This document shows positions 1-11,014 of a stretch of DNA of 64,000 nucleotides, piece by piece. The stretch is from positions 96,001 through 160,000 of the forward strand of contig CAXXGO010000005.1 of assembly GCA_963666835.2 (NCBI GenBank). Direction: 5' to 3'. A program made the position numbers and the translations under genes. The notes beneath the pieces were generated by a model. The model was given only the letters and a program-made list of their open reading frames with translations, had not been told where the DNA came from and made no database searches. Each line of letters opens with the position of its first letter. Positions within the stretch are counted from its first letter, which is position 1. This DNA comes from Phycisphaerae bacterium (GTDB lineage: Bacteria > Planctomycetota > Phycisphaerae > UBA1845).

Positions 1-770
<770 letters not shown>

Positions 771-1056
771 CTAATCTCCTTCGAAAGTGATGATACCACC
801 CCGCGCTACAAGGGCAGGGAAACAACGAGATCGAAACCACGTGAAAGAGCCGAACACGCGCAACGCAGAACACTCCGGCACGACCGCATCCTCCGTGAGA
901 CCGCCGCACAGTGACCGACCCTGAGCAGAGTAGCATTCTAGACGAATGAGAATCCGCGGGTCAACAAAATAATCGGTCTGGATGAGCGTTGAAGATCTCG
1001 AAGAACGAACACCGGTCCGGACTATTATGGCGTTCGCATAAATGCGCGTAACCCGC

Positions 1057-1142
1057 TGTAGCGCCACCACTCGTGGGTGGCGGCACCTCGTTGATGGTAT
1101 TGATAGTGCGCTTCAACGCCGGGGACAAGCCCCGGCGCTACA
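1057..1142. repeat. GTAG-type REP-like inverted doublet
   Basis: tGTAGCGCCaccactcgtgggtggc ... gccggggacaagccccGGCGCTACa; each half is a GTAG followed by a hairpin, in inverted orientation. Confidence 0.55.
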
Positions 1143-1437
1143 TCGATTCATGGCCTGTACTTCGCTTGGATAAATAATCCGGGCTACGCTTCGATAGTGG
1201 GTGGTGCGAGGTCGGCACAGCATCGCCGGAAGCTAAGGCCTCGTTGCAGTGCAAGGACTCGAGTCCGTCACTACTTGCCGAAGGTGCCTACTCGGGTTTG
1301 CGATTCACCTTATTAGTTGAACGAGGTTGAGAACCCCGCCGCGCCCCGGAGGTCAACATCACCGTTGCCTGTTCGAGGACGCCCGCGGTACTATGCTCGT
1401 AACCGTGTTCGGGCTCGCTGGAGTCCGGGCACTGCAA

Positions 1438-2919
1438 CTATTTACGGGTCTGGTGGTCGTGGTCACCATGGCTACCGACGACGAGAGCCGCCAGATCTGC
1501 CACCATACCCTTCATCCTTACCGCTTGGGCGTTCATCCCTTCAGAAGCGCCGGCGTTCTCTTCGGCGCTCGCGGCGTTCTGTCGCACAACCTTGTCCATT
1601 TCGCTTACAGCCCGGTTGATCTGTTCGATCCCCTGGGCTTGCTCGCTGGAGGCCGTGGACATCTCTCCCACAAGCTGGCTGACTCGCGTAGCGCTTTCCG
1701 CCACTCTCGTGAAGGACTCGCTGGTCCCGGCGACCAGTACGGATCCGCCCTTGACTTTCTGGACGGTGGCATCGATCAACTCGGCCGTGGTCCTTGCCGC
1801 GTCGGCGGAACGTCTTGCGAGGTTACGCACTTCCTCGGCAACAACTGCGAAACCGACGCCGGCCTCCCCGGCACGGGCCGCCTCGACGGCGGCATTCAAG
1901 GCCAGCAGGTTGGTTCGGAACGCGATCTCGTCGATGGTCTTGACGATTTTGGCCGTCTCCTTACTCGCGTTGGAGATGTCGTCAATGGAGTGCGTCAGGT
2001 TGGTCATCGAAGCGTTGGCATTATCGACCACTCTGTCGACGTCCGTCATAAGATCGTTCGCCTCTTTGGAGTATGCCGCAGTCTGCGTGGTCATGGAGGT
2101 CATCTCCTCCAGCGACGAAGAGGTTTCCATGATGGACTCTGCCTGTGCGGACGATCCCGAGGCCACGGAGTGGCTTGAAGAGGACAACTCATCGGCTGTC
2201 GTGGAGACTTGGTCGGCGACGTCCCGCAGTCCGGCCACGGCGCACATCAGCGGTTTGCTGATAGCCCGGTTGATCACCAACGCAAGAACGACGCTGACGA
2301 ACGTGCCAACGCCGATGAAACTGAACAGGATTATGATCGGGATCTTGTACGTTTCCGAGGTTGTGGAGCTGGCCTGATCGGCGCGCGCCAGATTCATTTC
2401 GGTAAGTTCGTCGAGGTACTCCCGCATCTCATCGAACTTGTCACTGGCTAGCCCTAGTGACAGCCCCGGGGCCTCCGCTTCTCCCTCCGGGCTATTCGCG
2501 ATGCGCATATCGACGACGTGTCTCGAGATCTGCTCCCACTCATCTCGTGCGTTTTCAAAACGCGGAATCAGCTCGTGCTCTGCCGCACTGTCGGCTAGCG
2601 CTTTGTATTTATCCCAGCGGGCCTTGGATTGCCCGAGGTTTGATTCATATTGCTCGAGCAGTTGCGCGAACTTGGCGGAGCCGGGTGAAGCGTAGACCAT
2701 TGAACGCTCGGCAACCAACAACTGGTACAGGTCGCGGTCCGACTCTATCAGATAGTTGATGGCGGGTAAGCGTACGTCGAAGACCTCACTGAGGCTTGTC
2801 TGGATGCCGATAATGCCTCGATAACCGACCAGGCCTACGACCAACGTGATCATGGTCATGGTCAGGAAACCGCCAATGAGCTTGGTGCTGAGCTTCAGCT
2901 TCTTGAGCATTGTTACCAT
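1438..2919 (-). CDS. Methyl-accepting chemotaxis protein (four-helix sensor domain)
   Basis: Two TM segments; signature [40 protein letters not shown]. Confidence 0.95.
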   Translation of the reverse strand: MVTMLKKLKLSTKLIGGFLTMTMITLVVGLVGYRGIIGIQTSLSEVFDVRLPAINYLIESDRDLYQLLVAERSMVYASPGSAKFAQLLEQYESNLGQSKARWDKYKALADSAAEHELIPRFENARDEWEQISRHVVDMRIANSPEGEAEAPGLSLGLASDKFDEMREYLDELTEMNLARADQASSTTSETYKIPIIILFSFIGVGTFVSVVLALVINRAISKPLMCAVAGLRDVADQVSTTADELSSSSHSVASGSSAQAESIMETSSSLEEMTSMTTQTAAYSKEANDLMTDVDRVVDNANASMTNLTHSIDDISNASKETAKIVKTIDEIAFRTNLLALNAAVEAARAGEAGVGFAVVAEEVRNLARRSADAARTTAELIDATVQKVKGGSVLVAGTSESFTRVAESATRVSQLVGEMSTASSEQAQGIEQINRAVSEMDKVVRQNAASAEENAGASEGMNAQAVRMKGMVADLAALVVGSHGDHDHQTRK

Positions 2920-3347
2920 CCTGTCTTAATGACTGCCGGTTCCGGGGACTTCTGCAGGGAAGGTCTCACGCCAAGACAACACCAGGGAGACCCTGAGGCT
3001 GGGTGGCCGCGGACCTTGTCCTCATAGCAGTATCGTCAGGGACGAGACGGCAATCGATGCTCGGCTTTCTGTGTATGAACCCTGGTCCTTCGCCGGCGAT
3101 GCAACGGCGGTAGGGCGGTGAATGGAAGTAACGGTGCGGTGACGGGAGCTTTGTGAGGCCGATAAGAGTGTGCTTCGCAGGTATTGGTTGGCGGAGCAGC
3201 AGTCCAGGATATGGCAGACGGTCCATCGTCCGCGGGGCGGCGTCTTAAGTCTATCCGACTGTTAGGGTCCTGCAAACGGACGTGCGAGGTGTGGCACCCG
3301 GCTAAGAGCGGTTGGCGAAACACGCCAACGCCGCCACGAGCTGTGGA

Positions 3348-3779
3348 TCAGTCGTCGTCGAAATCGTCGTCGGGAAAATCGTCGTCGTCCTCGAGGTCGT
3401 CGTCGAAGTCATCTTCCGGGTCGTCGTCGAAGTCGTCGTCTTCGTCGTCATCTTCGAGGTCATCGTCGAAGACGTCGTCGTCCTCGTCATCATCATCTCG
3501 CTCTTCCGAGAGGGTCGCCTCGATGATGGCGATGATCTCGCCGGAGCGTTCATGCAAGCTGGAAGGGACGAGGACCGGAAGGTGACGATACTCGCCGCGT
3601 TTGCCGGGCGAGAACATTGAAGTCTCACCGGTGCATGCGGGAATGTCCGCTTCCTCGAGGATGGAGCAGTACCAAGTGGCCTCGTCACGGTCACAGGCGA
3701 ATGCCACCGGCGTCCACGCCGGCTCGTGGTACGAAACCGGCGCGGTAGCCGAGCAATCAACGTCAAACAAATCGGACAT
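3348..3779 (-). CDS. Hypothetical protein (DUF2007-like N-terminus) with Asp/Glu-rich tail
   Basis: EATWYCSILEEADIP motif; tail of DDD(F/L/P)-type repeats; start codon uncertain. Confidence 0.65.
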   Translation of the reverse strand: MSDLFDVDCSATAPVSYHEPAWTPVAFACDRDEATWYCSILEEADIPACTGETSMFSPGKRGEYRHLPVLVPSSLHERSGEIIAIIEATLSEERDDDDEDDDVFDDDLEDDDEDDDFDDDPEDDFDDDLEDDDDFPDDDFDDD

Positions 3780-4066
3780 CGTTGACAACCTCGGTAATAG
3801 CTAAGCCTGACCGCAGTACGAACGCGCTGTTGAGCTTCGTACCGAAGGCGGCAGGCGTGTTCTGAAAACCCTTGCCCGTTGCCTCTCCTATGGCAACCGC
3901 GCTGAGTCTAGTAAGGCGACAATCGACGTCAAGCCGGCTTGACGCCGGCTCATATCGGCTTTTTTTGCGCCGCTCCGAAGAGTCCTGCGGGGGGCGTGCA
4001 GTCTCCGCAAACCTTAGTATGATGAGCAGGTGGGCGTACACTGTGGCAGGCAAGGAGCAACCGGGA

Positions 4067-4705
4067 ATGACCAACGAACCAATCCGGGCCGGCGACGAGC
4101 CGGCCGAGGGTACCCACGATGTCGAGGTGGCCGCAGAGGCAGTAACGGATGAGGTGGCCAGCGTCGCCGGTTTGCCCGGCGGGGACGGGGCGGCGATCGA
4201 GCCGGATGCGGAAACGGAGCTGTGGGCGGGGCGCACCCATTGGAAACACTATATGGGCCGATTGGTGCTGTGGGCGGCCGCAAATATTGTGGTCGCCGTG
4301 GGGATCTGGTGGCTTGCCTCGGCGGTCGAGTGGCTCGATACCGGTGGGGCGGTTTGGCTGATCATCGGCGTCATGCTTGTTTCGGGAGCCGTCGTCATCG
4401 GACGGGTGGCCTTGATAATTCTGAGCCGGCGATATCGGCTGACGTCGCAGCGGCTGTTCATCCACCGGGGCCTGCTATCGCAGACGGTCGATCAGACCGA
4501 GCTGATCCGGGTCGATGACGTCCGGGTCCACATGAGCCTCTTCGACCGCGCGTGTGGATTGGGGACCGTGGCCATCCTGTCCACGGACGCCACCGATCGC
4601 GAGATCTGCATAGAGGGCATCCGGGATGTCGAACAGGTAGCCGAGGCTATCCGGTCGCACATGCGCTCGATGCGCCGCAAGTCGCTCTTCGTCGAGAATC
4701 TGTAG
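4067..4705 (+). CDS. Bacterial PH-domain membrane protein
   Basis: AGGAG upstream; two TMs then YRLTSQRLFIHRGLLS...ELIRVDDVRV...DRACGLGTV. Confidence 0.85.
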   Translation: MTNEPIRAGDEPAEGTHDVEVAAEAVTDEVASVAGLPGGDGAAIEPDAETELWAGRTHWKHYMGRLVLWAAANIVVAVGIWWLASAVEWLDTGGAVWLIIGVMLVSGAVVIGRVALIILSRRYRLTSQRLFIHRGLLSQTVDQTELIRVDDVRVHMSLFDRACGLGTVAILSTDATDREICIEGIRDVEQVAEAIRSHMRSMRRKSLFVENL

Positions 4706-4728
4706 ACGCGGCGAAGTTGCCGGTCCGC

Positions 4729-5844
4729 CTACTTGAGGTTCTCCGGGTTCAGCGGGGTCAGGTCGTCTACTACGAAGAGCCCGTCCTTGCGGATGAGAGT
4801 CTTGTCGAACCAGATCTCTCCTCCGCCGTGGTCGGCATCCTGCATGCAGACGATGTCCCAATGGACCGTGCTGTCGTTGCCGTTGTTGGCGTCCTCGTAT
4901 GACTGCCCCGGCGTGAAGTGGAACGAGCCGGCGATCTTCTCGTCAAACAGGGTGTCGAGCATGGGCTCGGTGACGTACGGGTTGACCCCGAGTGCGAACT
5001 CGCCGATGTACCGCGCCCCGGCGTCGGTATCGAGCACCTTGTTGAGAGCCTCGGTATTCGAGCTGGTGGCCTTGACGATCTTACCTTCGGAGAACTCGAA
5101 CCGTACTTCGTCGTGTACCGTGCCCTGGTAGACGGTCCGGGCGTTGTATTGCAGAACTCCGTTGACGCTGGTGCGGACCGGTGCGGTGAAGACCTCGCCG
5201 TCGGGGATATTGTGCCGCCCGTCGCACTGCACGACCGGGATGTCCTTGATAGAGAACGTTAAGTCGGTGCCCGGGCTGACGATTCGCACTTGGTCGGTGT
5301 CCGTCATCCTTTTGACGAGCGGCTTCATGGCGTTGGACATGCGAGCGTAGTCCATTGTACACACGTCGAAGTAGAAGTCCTCGAACCCGTCGGTGCTGCG
5401 GTTGGCCTGTTGAGCCATGGCGGAGTTCGGCCAGCGCAGGACGACCCAGCGGGTTTTCGGTACGCGAATGTCCAGGTGAACGCGTTTCCACACGGTCTTT
5501 TGATATCGCCCGTGGTCGTCCGGCGGAACGTCGGAAAGCTCGGCGATGTTCTCGCTGCCGCGCAGGCCGATGTAGGCGTTCACGTTGCCCATTCGCAGAG
5601 CCTCGGTGTCGGCCCACAGGTTCATCTGCGCGTCGCTGCTGTTTCGGATGAGCGCCCGATTAACGCGGTTGCTCTTGAGGGTGACCAGGGGGTCGGCTCC
5701 GACGGCTCGGGCGGCGCGGATCAACTCGCAGGTCATCTCGTCCGGAACGTCGATGGCCTCGATGAGGATCTTCTCGCCCTCCTGCAGCTTCGTCGAGTGG
5801 TTGATTAGGACCTCGGCCAGCTTCGTCATCCGCGGATCGATCAT
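4729..5844 (-). CDS. Aminopeptidase, M29 (thermophilic metalloprotease) family
   Basis: NIPDGEVFTAP, IGEFALG, LFDEKIAGSFHFTPG, HWDIV motifs. Confidence 0.93.
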   Translation of the reverse strand: MIDPRMTKLAEVLINHSTKLQEGEKILIEAIDVPDEMTCELIRAARAVGADPLVTLKSNRVNRALIRNSSDAQMNLWADTEALRMGNVNAYIGLRGSENIAELSDVPPDDHGRYQKTVWKRVHLDIRVPKTRWVVLRWPNSAMAQQANRSTDGFEDFYFDVCTMDYARMSNAMKPLVKRMTDTDQVRIVSPGTDLTFSIKDIPVVQCDGRHNIPDGEVFTAPVRTSVNGVLQYNARTVYQGTVHDEVRFEFSEGKIVKATSSNTEALNKVLDTDAGARYIGEFALGVNPYVTEPMLDTLFDEKIAGSFHFTPGQSYEDANNGNDSTVHWDIVCMQDADHGGGEIWFDKTLIRKDGLFVVDDLTPLNPENLK

Positions 5845-5998
5845 GGTTACTCCCTCGCGTGTTCGGGTTCGCAGTGTTCTCGAAATCGGGGGCGTTTAGT
5901 ACCGACCGCCCGAAATCCCCCGGATGGGGTAACCGGCGCGTCGGGTCCACAGCCCCTCAACAGGTGTAGCATACCCGCTCATCGCCCCGGGGAAAGGC

Positions 5999-6125
5999 AA
6001 AAAAGGGGTCGGGAGTCTTTTCTCTCCTGTCTCCCTCTGTTCTAGTGTTGGTCTGCCGTGTTCGTACCCAAGTTGTTTTGTGCGGGGCGGATATGCGCCG
6101 CGAAAAGACTCCCGACCCCTTTTTT
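5999..6125. repeat. ~127-bp MITE/REPIN-like element, copy 1
   Basis: Terminal inverted repeats AAAAGGGGTCGGGAGTCTTTT / AAAAGACTCCCGACCCCTTTT; internal spacer similar to the other copies. Confidence 0.9.
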
Positions 6126-6128
6126 GCT

Positions 6129-6677
6129 CTACGGGCACTCTGCAAAACGCCAGAATGTGCCTTCGTATTGCTGTGCGTTTACGTCCGGCGCGTAGATCGT
6201 CATGCTGTCGCCGTCGAGGGCGATCTCGTAGTTGCGAACCACCGTAGTGTCTTCCTCGTCTCCCTCCATCAGTTCAACGTCAGTAAGAAGCCCCGTTTCG
6301 GGGTCGGAGCCGTACATCCTCGTGATCGTAACCGTAATCGTATCCGCCCCGGCGATCTCGTAATCCCCCTCCTCACCGTACACCATTCCGATTACCCCGA
6401 ACCACTGGTAGGAGCTGTACCACACGCTGGAGATTGAGCCGGAATCAAGCCGGTGAAACACCGCGTCGGTTAACACGCCGTTGGTCCCGTAGGACCCCCA
6501 GCAACCTTCGAGGTCGTCCAGGCTTCCTTTGTGTACGACGTCCGCCGTTTCCGCGAACTCCGGATTATCGAGAACTGCCGAAAGCTCGCTCGGAATCTCC
6601 GGTTGGACCCATAAGCCGCACCCGCCGCACAACAACCAACCGGCCGCGCCAAACACGGCAAGAGTAGTCACACGCAT
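6129..6677 (-). CDS. Putative lipoprotein, paralog B
   Basis: Signal peptide with LLCGGC; AGGAGA RBS; strongly similar to 6841-7404. Confidence 0.85.
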   Translation of the reverse strand: MRVTTLAVFGAAGWLLCGGCGLWVQPEIPSELSAVLDNPEFAETADVVHKGSLDDLEGCWGSYGTNGVLTDAVFHRLDSGSISSVWYSSYQWFGVIGMVYGEEGDYEIAGADTITVTITRMYGSDPETGLLTDVELMEGDEEDTTVVRNYEIALDGDSMTIYAPDVNAQQYEGTFWRFAECP

Positions 6678-6710
6678 CTTATTCTCCTTTCAGCAATGAC
6701 CGCCGGGGAC

Positions 6711-6837
6711 AAAAAAGGGGTCGGGAGTCTTTTCTCTCCTATTCCCCTCTGTTTTTGTGTTCGTCTGCCGTGTTCGTACCCAAGTTGTTCTGTGCGAGGC
6801 GGATGTGGGTCGCGAAAAGACTCCCGACCCCTTTTTT
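6711..6837. repeat. ~127-bp MITE/REPIN-like element, copy 2
   Basis: Same terminal inverted repeats and spacer as 5999-6125. Confidence 0.9.
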
Positions 6838-6840
6838 GTT

Positions 6841-7404
6841 CTACGGGCACTCTGCGAAACGCCAGAATGTGCCCTCGTATTGCGGTGCGTCCACGTCCGG
6901 TTGGTGGATCGTCATGCTGTCGCCGTCTAGGGCGACCTCGTAGCTGCTGGGGACGCCCGTTTCTCCTTCTGTCTCTCCTTCCGTTTCACCTATCAGGTCT
7001 TCAACGTCGGTCAGAAGCCCCGTTTCGGGGTCTGACACCAACATTTTAGTGAATGTGATCGAAATCGTGTCCGTTCCGGTGACTTCGTAGTTACCTTCAT
7101 CGCGGTACACTATATCCAACATCCCGAGGACCGCATCGGAGACGAATGTCACATTGACGTATTCGCCGGAATCGAACCGGTGAAAGACTACGTCGGTTGA
7201 CCTGCCCGAAGCGGTATAGGAACCCCAGCAACCTTCGAGGTCGTCCAGGCTTCCTTTGTGCGTCACTTCGGCCGTTTCGGCGAATTCCGGACTGGCGAGA
7301 ACCGCCGTAATCTCGCTGGGAATCTCCGGTTGGACCCACAAGCCGCAGCCGCCGCACAACAACCAGCCGGCTGCGCCGAGCACGGTAAGAATAGCCACAC
7401 GCAT
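6841..7404 (-). CDS. Putative lipoprotein, paralog A
   Basis: MRVAILTVLGAAGWLLCGGC...YEGTFWRFAECP; tandem duplicate of 6129-6677. Confidence 0.85.
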   Translation of the reverse strand: MRVAILTVLGAAGWLLCGGCGLWVQPEIPSEITAVLASPEFAETAEVTHKGSLDDLEGCWGSYTASGRSTDVVFHRFDSGEYVNVTFVSDAVLGMLDIVYRDEGNYEVTGTDTISITFTKMLVSDPETGLLTDVEDLIGETEGETEGETGVPSSYEVALDGDSMTIHQPDVDAPQYEGTFWRFAECP

Positions 7405-7416
7405 CTTAGTCTCCTT

Positions 7417-8184
7417 TCAGCAATGACCGCCTGGGACAATGTGACAGAGCAGATCCGACCCGCCGCAACGACCGCAACTGTGACAAGGATTGTCACCTTT
7501 GACGGGGAAGCCCGGTTTGCACTCGCGGAAACAAGTCCAGCAGTGCGACCGGGGGCAGAGGAATGGTCCAACCAAAGGGAGTCGGTTCATTAAGTGGCAG
7601 AACACCAATTGGGAAGCACAGCAATACGGATGCCACATACCGGCGTCCGACCCGCGAGGTTGTTGCCCGATTTCCCACGAAGCAGGCACGCCGTCGACCT
7701 CGCCCATGCCGATCGTAATCTCCAGGTATGTGGGGCAGAGGTTGTTGGTTACGGGCATGATGATATGCACGTACAGGGCGGCGTCTCCGGGCACTTCCGA
7801 CCACGTATCCAGCGGATGGTTATGCTCATGCCAGGTGTCGATCATGTTCTGATCCACTATCTCCATCCAGCCGATCACATGGATTGCCGTTATCTCCGAG
7901 ATGTTATCCGGAATCGGATCGATCGGTTTCGCGACCCACTCCGTATTGTCGGGGAAGATAACGCCGCTCACAACCCCGTCCTGGTAATTGACGATTGGCG
8001 CGCGATCCGCGCTGGATGCCTCGAAGGTGATGTCGCCCTTCGAGTCTTCCTGTAGGGTCTGGATGAACACTTGCTTCGTTTCGGACGCGATCCGCTCGGG
8101 CTGCGCGCCTCCTGCGGACGACGCGGCTGCAAACGGGGCCGCGACGACCCCCAGTACGATCAATCCTCCGAGTCTGCTCTTCAT
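7417..8184 (-). CDS. Secreted hypothetical protein with Cys-rich C-terminus
   Basis: AAGGAGA RBS, signal peptide, many Cys in the last ~70 aa. Confidence 0.8.
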   Translation of the reverse strand: MKSRLGGLIVLGVVAAPFAAASSAGGAQPERIASETKQVFIQTLQEDSKGDITFEASSADRAPIVNYQDGVVSGVIFPDNTEWVAKPIDPIPDNISEITAIHVIGWMEIVDQNMIDTWHEHNHPLDTWSEVPGDAALYVHIIMPVTNNLCPTYLEITIGMGEVDGVPASWEIGQQPRGSDAGMWHPYCCASQLVFCHLMNRLPLVGPFLCPRSHCWTCFRECKPGFPVKGDNPCHSCGRCGGSDLLCHIVPGGHC

Positions 8185-8779
8185 AATCGGTCTCCTTTCG
8201 AGATGGGGATGGCATGACGCCAGACGATGTACCTCCGAACCTGCGTGTCGCCTTCTCCGGGTTTGACGAACCGGATCCAGCCAAGATGGGAACGCTAGCC
8301 TGAACGGTAATCCCGTACCGGCTGCCTGGAGATTCTACTGATTTGAAGTCCCATGTCAAGGGTCAGGGAAGGAAATTCGCCAGGGGTGTTAGGGGGGGGC
8401 ACATAAAGTGATAGCGGCTCCTGGTTTGGGGCGCTATGGTCGGTGGGGGTGGGCATGTTCGGTAGGCAAGGGTGATGCCCTGAGGCAATTCGGCGCGGTC
8501 ATGAGCGCGGCAAACCCCGGCCTGTTTGCTCGACAAACGAAGGGTGCAACGGCCGGGCCGGCGACCGTAATCCTGCGAAACCCAAGCCGGTGGCTACGGC
8601 GGCCGCGCGGCGGCGCGCTCGGCAGGGTTCCGGCTGTTTCCCGCAAGCGGAAGCGGCGGGTCGGTCGATGCTACTGCGGGGCCTAAGATGTTGGCCAGGT
8701 GCGGTTGGTTTTCCTACAATGCAGATCGTGCGGGGAACCTGAGTCCGTTTGTTCGGTTGTGATTGGGAAGGTGGGTGCG

Positions 8780-9103
8780 ATGGCGGAGCGTGCACAGAAA
8801 CAGAAGGCGAAACTCGAGACCGTCGAGCCCCTCGGCAAGCGCGTCCTGATCCGAAAGGACGAGGACAAGAAGGTAACCAAGGGCGGCATCGAACTTCCCG
8901 ACTCGATCGAGATCCCGACCATCACCGGGCGGATAGTGGCCGTGTCGGCCCAGGTCGACCACGATGACGACTTCCCGCTCCGGCAATACGACCGGGTGCT
9001 CTTCAACCCGAAACAGGCGATTCCGGTCGAGTTTGATACAGATAACTACCTCTTTGTCGTACCGATTGAGGACGTGGTGGCCGTGTTCCGCAAAGTGACC
9101 TGA
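8780..9103 (+). CDS. groES: Co-chaperonin GroES-family protein
   Basis: EPLGKRVLIRK...TKGGIELPD...GRIVAV...DRVLF...IEDVVAV; no groEL adjacent. Confidence 0.85.
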   Translation: MAERAQKQKAKLETVEPLGKRVLIRKDEDKKVTKGGIELPDSIEIPTITGRIVAVSAQVDHDDDFPLRQYDRVLFNPKQAIPVEFDTDNYLFVVPIEDVVAVFRKVT

Positions 9104-9158
9104 TGATGCCCGCTCGAACCGGCCCGCGACTCGCGTGGCGGGAACGCCCTGCCCTGAA

Positions 9159-9944
9159 ATGATCGATCTACCCACACCTGCGCTGATTGGCGTTGTCCAT
9201 CTTCCGGCTCTTCCCGGCAGTCCCGGGCATGAGTTGTCGATGCCCGAGATCGTCAAGCGGGCGGTTTCGGACGCGAGAACTCTGCGCGAGGCGTCGTTCG
9301 ACGCCGTAGTGATTGAGAATTTCGGAGACGTTCCGTTTCCGGCGACCTCCTCGGCGCCGGCGGCGATAGCTGCGATGGCCGTGGCGGCCGATGCCGTTCG
9401 CCGCGAGGTGGGGATTGCGGTTGGCGTGAATGTGCTCCGCAACGACGCCCGGGCGGCGCTGGGGATCGCCGCCGCGGTGGGGGCGAGCTTCATACGGGTA
9501 AACGTCCATACCGGCGTCTGTGCGACCGACCAGGGCATAATCGAAGGGCGGGCGGATGAGACTCTGCGCGATCGGAAGATGCTGGGCAGGCGGGTCGCGA
9601 TTCTGGCGGATGTTCACGTGAAGCACGCGGTGACGCTAAGTCATCCGGACATCGGGGCCGCGGCTCGCGATACTGCTTATCGCGGCTTGGCGGACGGTCT
9701 GATCGTAACCGGTCCGGCCACTGGGGAGCCGGTGGATGTCGAGGACCTTCGCCGGGTTCAAGAAGCCGTTTCTGATCGGCGGGTCTTTGTGGGGAGCGGA
9801 GCGACGGTCGGCTCGGTGGGTAAGCTGTTGCAGTGTTCGTCCGGTATCATCGTCGGGTGCGGGGTGAAGGCGGGAGCGGATCCGGCCGAGCCGGTCGACT
9901 CGCGGCTGGCCCGGCAGTTCGCCGATGCGGCGGGGCGGGGGTGA
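9159..9944 (+). CDS. BtpA/SgcQ family protein
   Basis: IGVVHLPALPGSP, ENFGDVPF, GVNVLRND, ADVHVKHA, ADGLIVTGPATG. Confidence 0.93.
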   Translation: MIDLPTPALIGVVHLPALPGSPGHELSMPEIVKRAVSDARTLREASFDAVVIENFGDVPFPATSSAPAAIAAMAVAADAVRREVGIAVGVNVLRNDARAALGIAAAVGASFIRVNVHTGVCATDQGIIEGRADETLRDRKMLGRRVAILADVHVKHAVTLSHPDIGAAARDTAYRGLADGLIVTGPATGEPVDVEDLRRVQEAVSDRRVFVGSGATVGSVGKLLQCSSGIIVGCGVKAGADPAEPVDSRLARQFADAAGRG

Positions 9945-9950
9945 TTCGGC

Positions 9951-10997
9951 TTGGCAAACAAGAGGGTTCATCTCATCGCCCCGGCCGGTTCGTGTCGACC
10001 GTTCATGTCTCTCTTGCACGTGCAATCGGCGTCTGAGCTGTTGGCCATCGTGCAAGAGGCGGTGGGGGACGGCTATACCGTAACAGGTGACGAGGAGCTT
10101 ATCGGCGCGGGCGAGGATGAGGAGCACGGCGGGCGAACCGACGATCGCCGACGGGCTGCGGACATCGAGCGGGCGCTGGGCGACGCTGAGGTTGCTGCCG
10201 TGGTGACAATCCGCGGGGGGGCGTGGTTTACGCGGGTCCTTCCGATGATTGACTTCACCGTGCTTGATGCGCGGACCGAGCCGGTGGCGGTGTTCGGGTT
10301 CAGCGAGCTGACGACCTTGGTAAACATTGTGGCCGGGCACGCCAAAGGTGTGGGCATATACGATATGGGGCCGGCGTTTCTGGCGTACGGGCTGAAACGG
10401 CATGCCGAAGTTGACTTGGGGATGTCGGATTCGGGTTCGCCGACTCCGGACGAGTGGATGCGAGCCCGGTTGTCTGCGGAGTTTCGGGCGTTTCACGGCG
10501 ACGTCGTTTCGATGATCGAAGGCCGCGGGACGGATCGAGCTATAACTGCCGAGCTTATTCGCGGTGATCTTCCGGACCACAGTGAAGTGTCCTTTGTGGG
10601 CGGGAATCTTACGGTTTTGATGACGCTGGTCGGGTCCAAACACCAACGATGCATCGATCCCGCCGGGCGCTGGCTGTTGATCGAGGATCTGAACGAGAAA
10701 CCCGAACGAATCGACCGGTTCCTTGCCCAGTTGACCCTGGCGGGTTTCTGGGACAACTGCGCCGGGATCCTCCTGGGCGATTTCCACCGGTGCGATCGAA
10801 ATCTTACCGACGCTACCTCCGAGCTGCTGTCCTACCATCTGCCTTCGACTCGATCGATCCCGGTTTTGAAGACAGGTGATGTAGGCCACACGTGGCCGAT
10901 GTCTCCTCTGCCGTTGAACGTGCCGGTTAAGCTGGGGCGATTGGACGGTTGCCGGTTTGAGGTTGTGGTTGAGCCGTCTCTGTGGCGGGGCTCGTGA
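9951..10997 (+). CDS. LD-carboxypeptidase (peptidase S66 family)
   Basis: IAPAG, IRGG, GFSELT, GGNL, LIED, GHTWP catalytic motifs. Confidence 0.88.
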   Translation: MANKRVHLIAPAGSCRPFMSLLHVQSASELLAIVQEAVGDGYTVTGDEELIGAGEDEEHGGRTDDRRRAADIERALGDAEVAAVVTIRGGAWFTRVLPMIDFTVLDARTEPVAVFGFSELTTLVNIVAGHAKGVGIYDMGPAFLAYGLKRHAEVDLGMSDSGSPTPDEWMRARLSAEFRAFHGDVVSMIEGRGTDRAITAELIRGDLPDHSEVSFVGGNLTVLMTLVGSKHQRCIDPAGRWLLIEDLNEKPERIDRFLAQLTLAGFWDNCAGILLGDFHRCDRNLTDATSELLSYHLPSTRSIPVLKTGDVGHTWPMSPLPLNVPVKLGRLDGCRFEVVVEPSLWRGS

Positions 10998-11014
10998 TCG
11001 CGGCGCGCGGGCGA

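Noticed and set aside
1180..1430. Possible riboswitch in long intergenic regions (also 8190-8780, 50480-51480)
   Set aside because: No complete known aptamer consensus recognisable by eye; an Infernal/Rfam scan is needed
5896..6145. Small ORFs containing KRGRESF/KRLPTPF/KTPDPF (also 6668-6850)
   Set aside because: Translations of the inverted-repeat element
9636..10889. Long antisense or alternate-frame ORFs (also 1327-2178, 22414-23565, 51303-52400, 60325-61467)
   Set aside because: Shadows of well-supported genes in high-GC DNA, with no recognisable motifs
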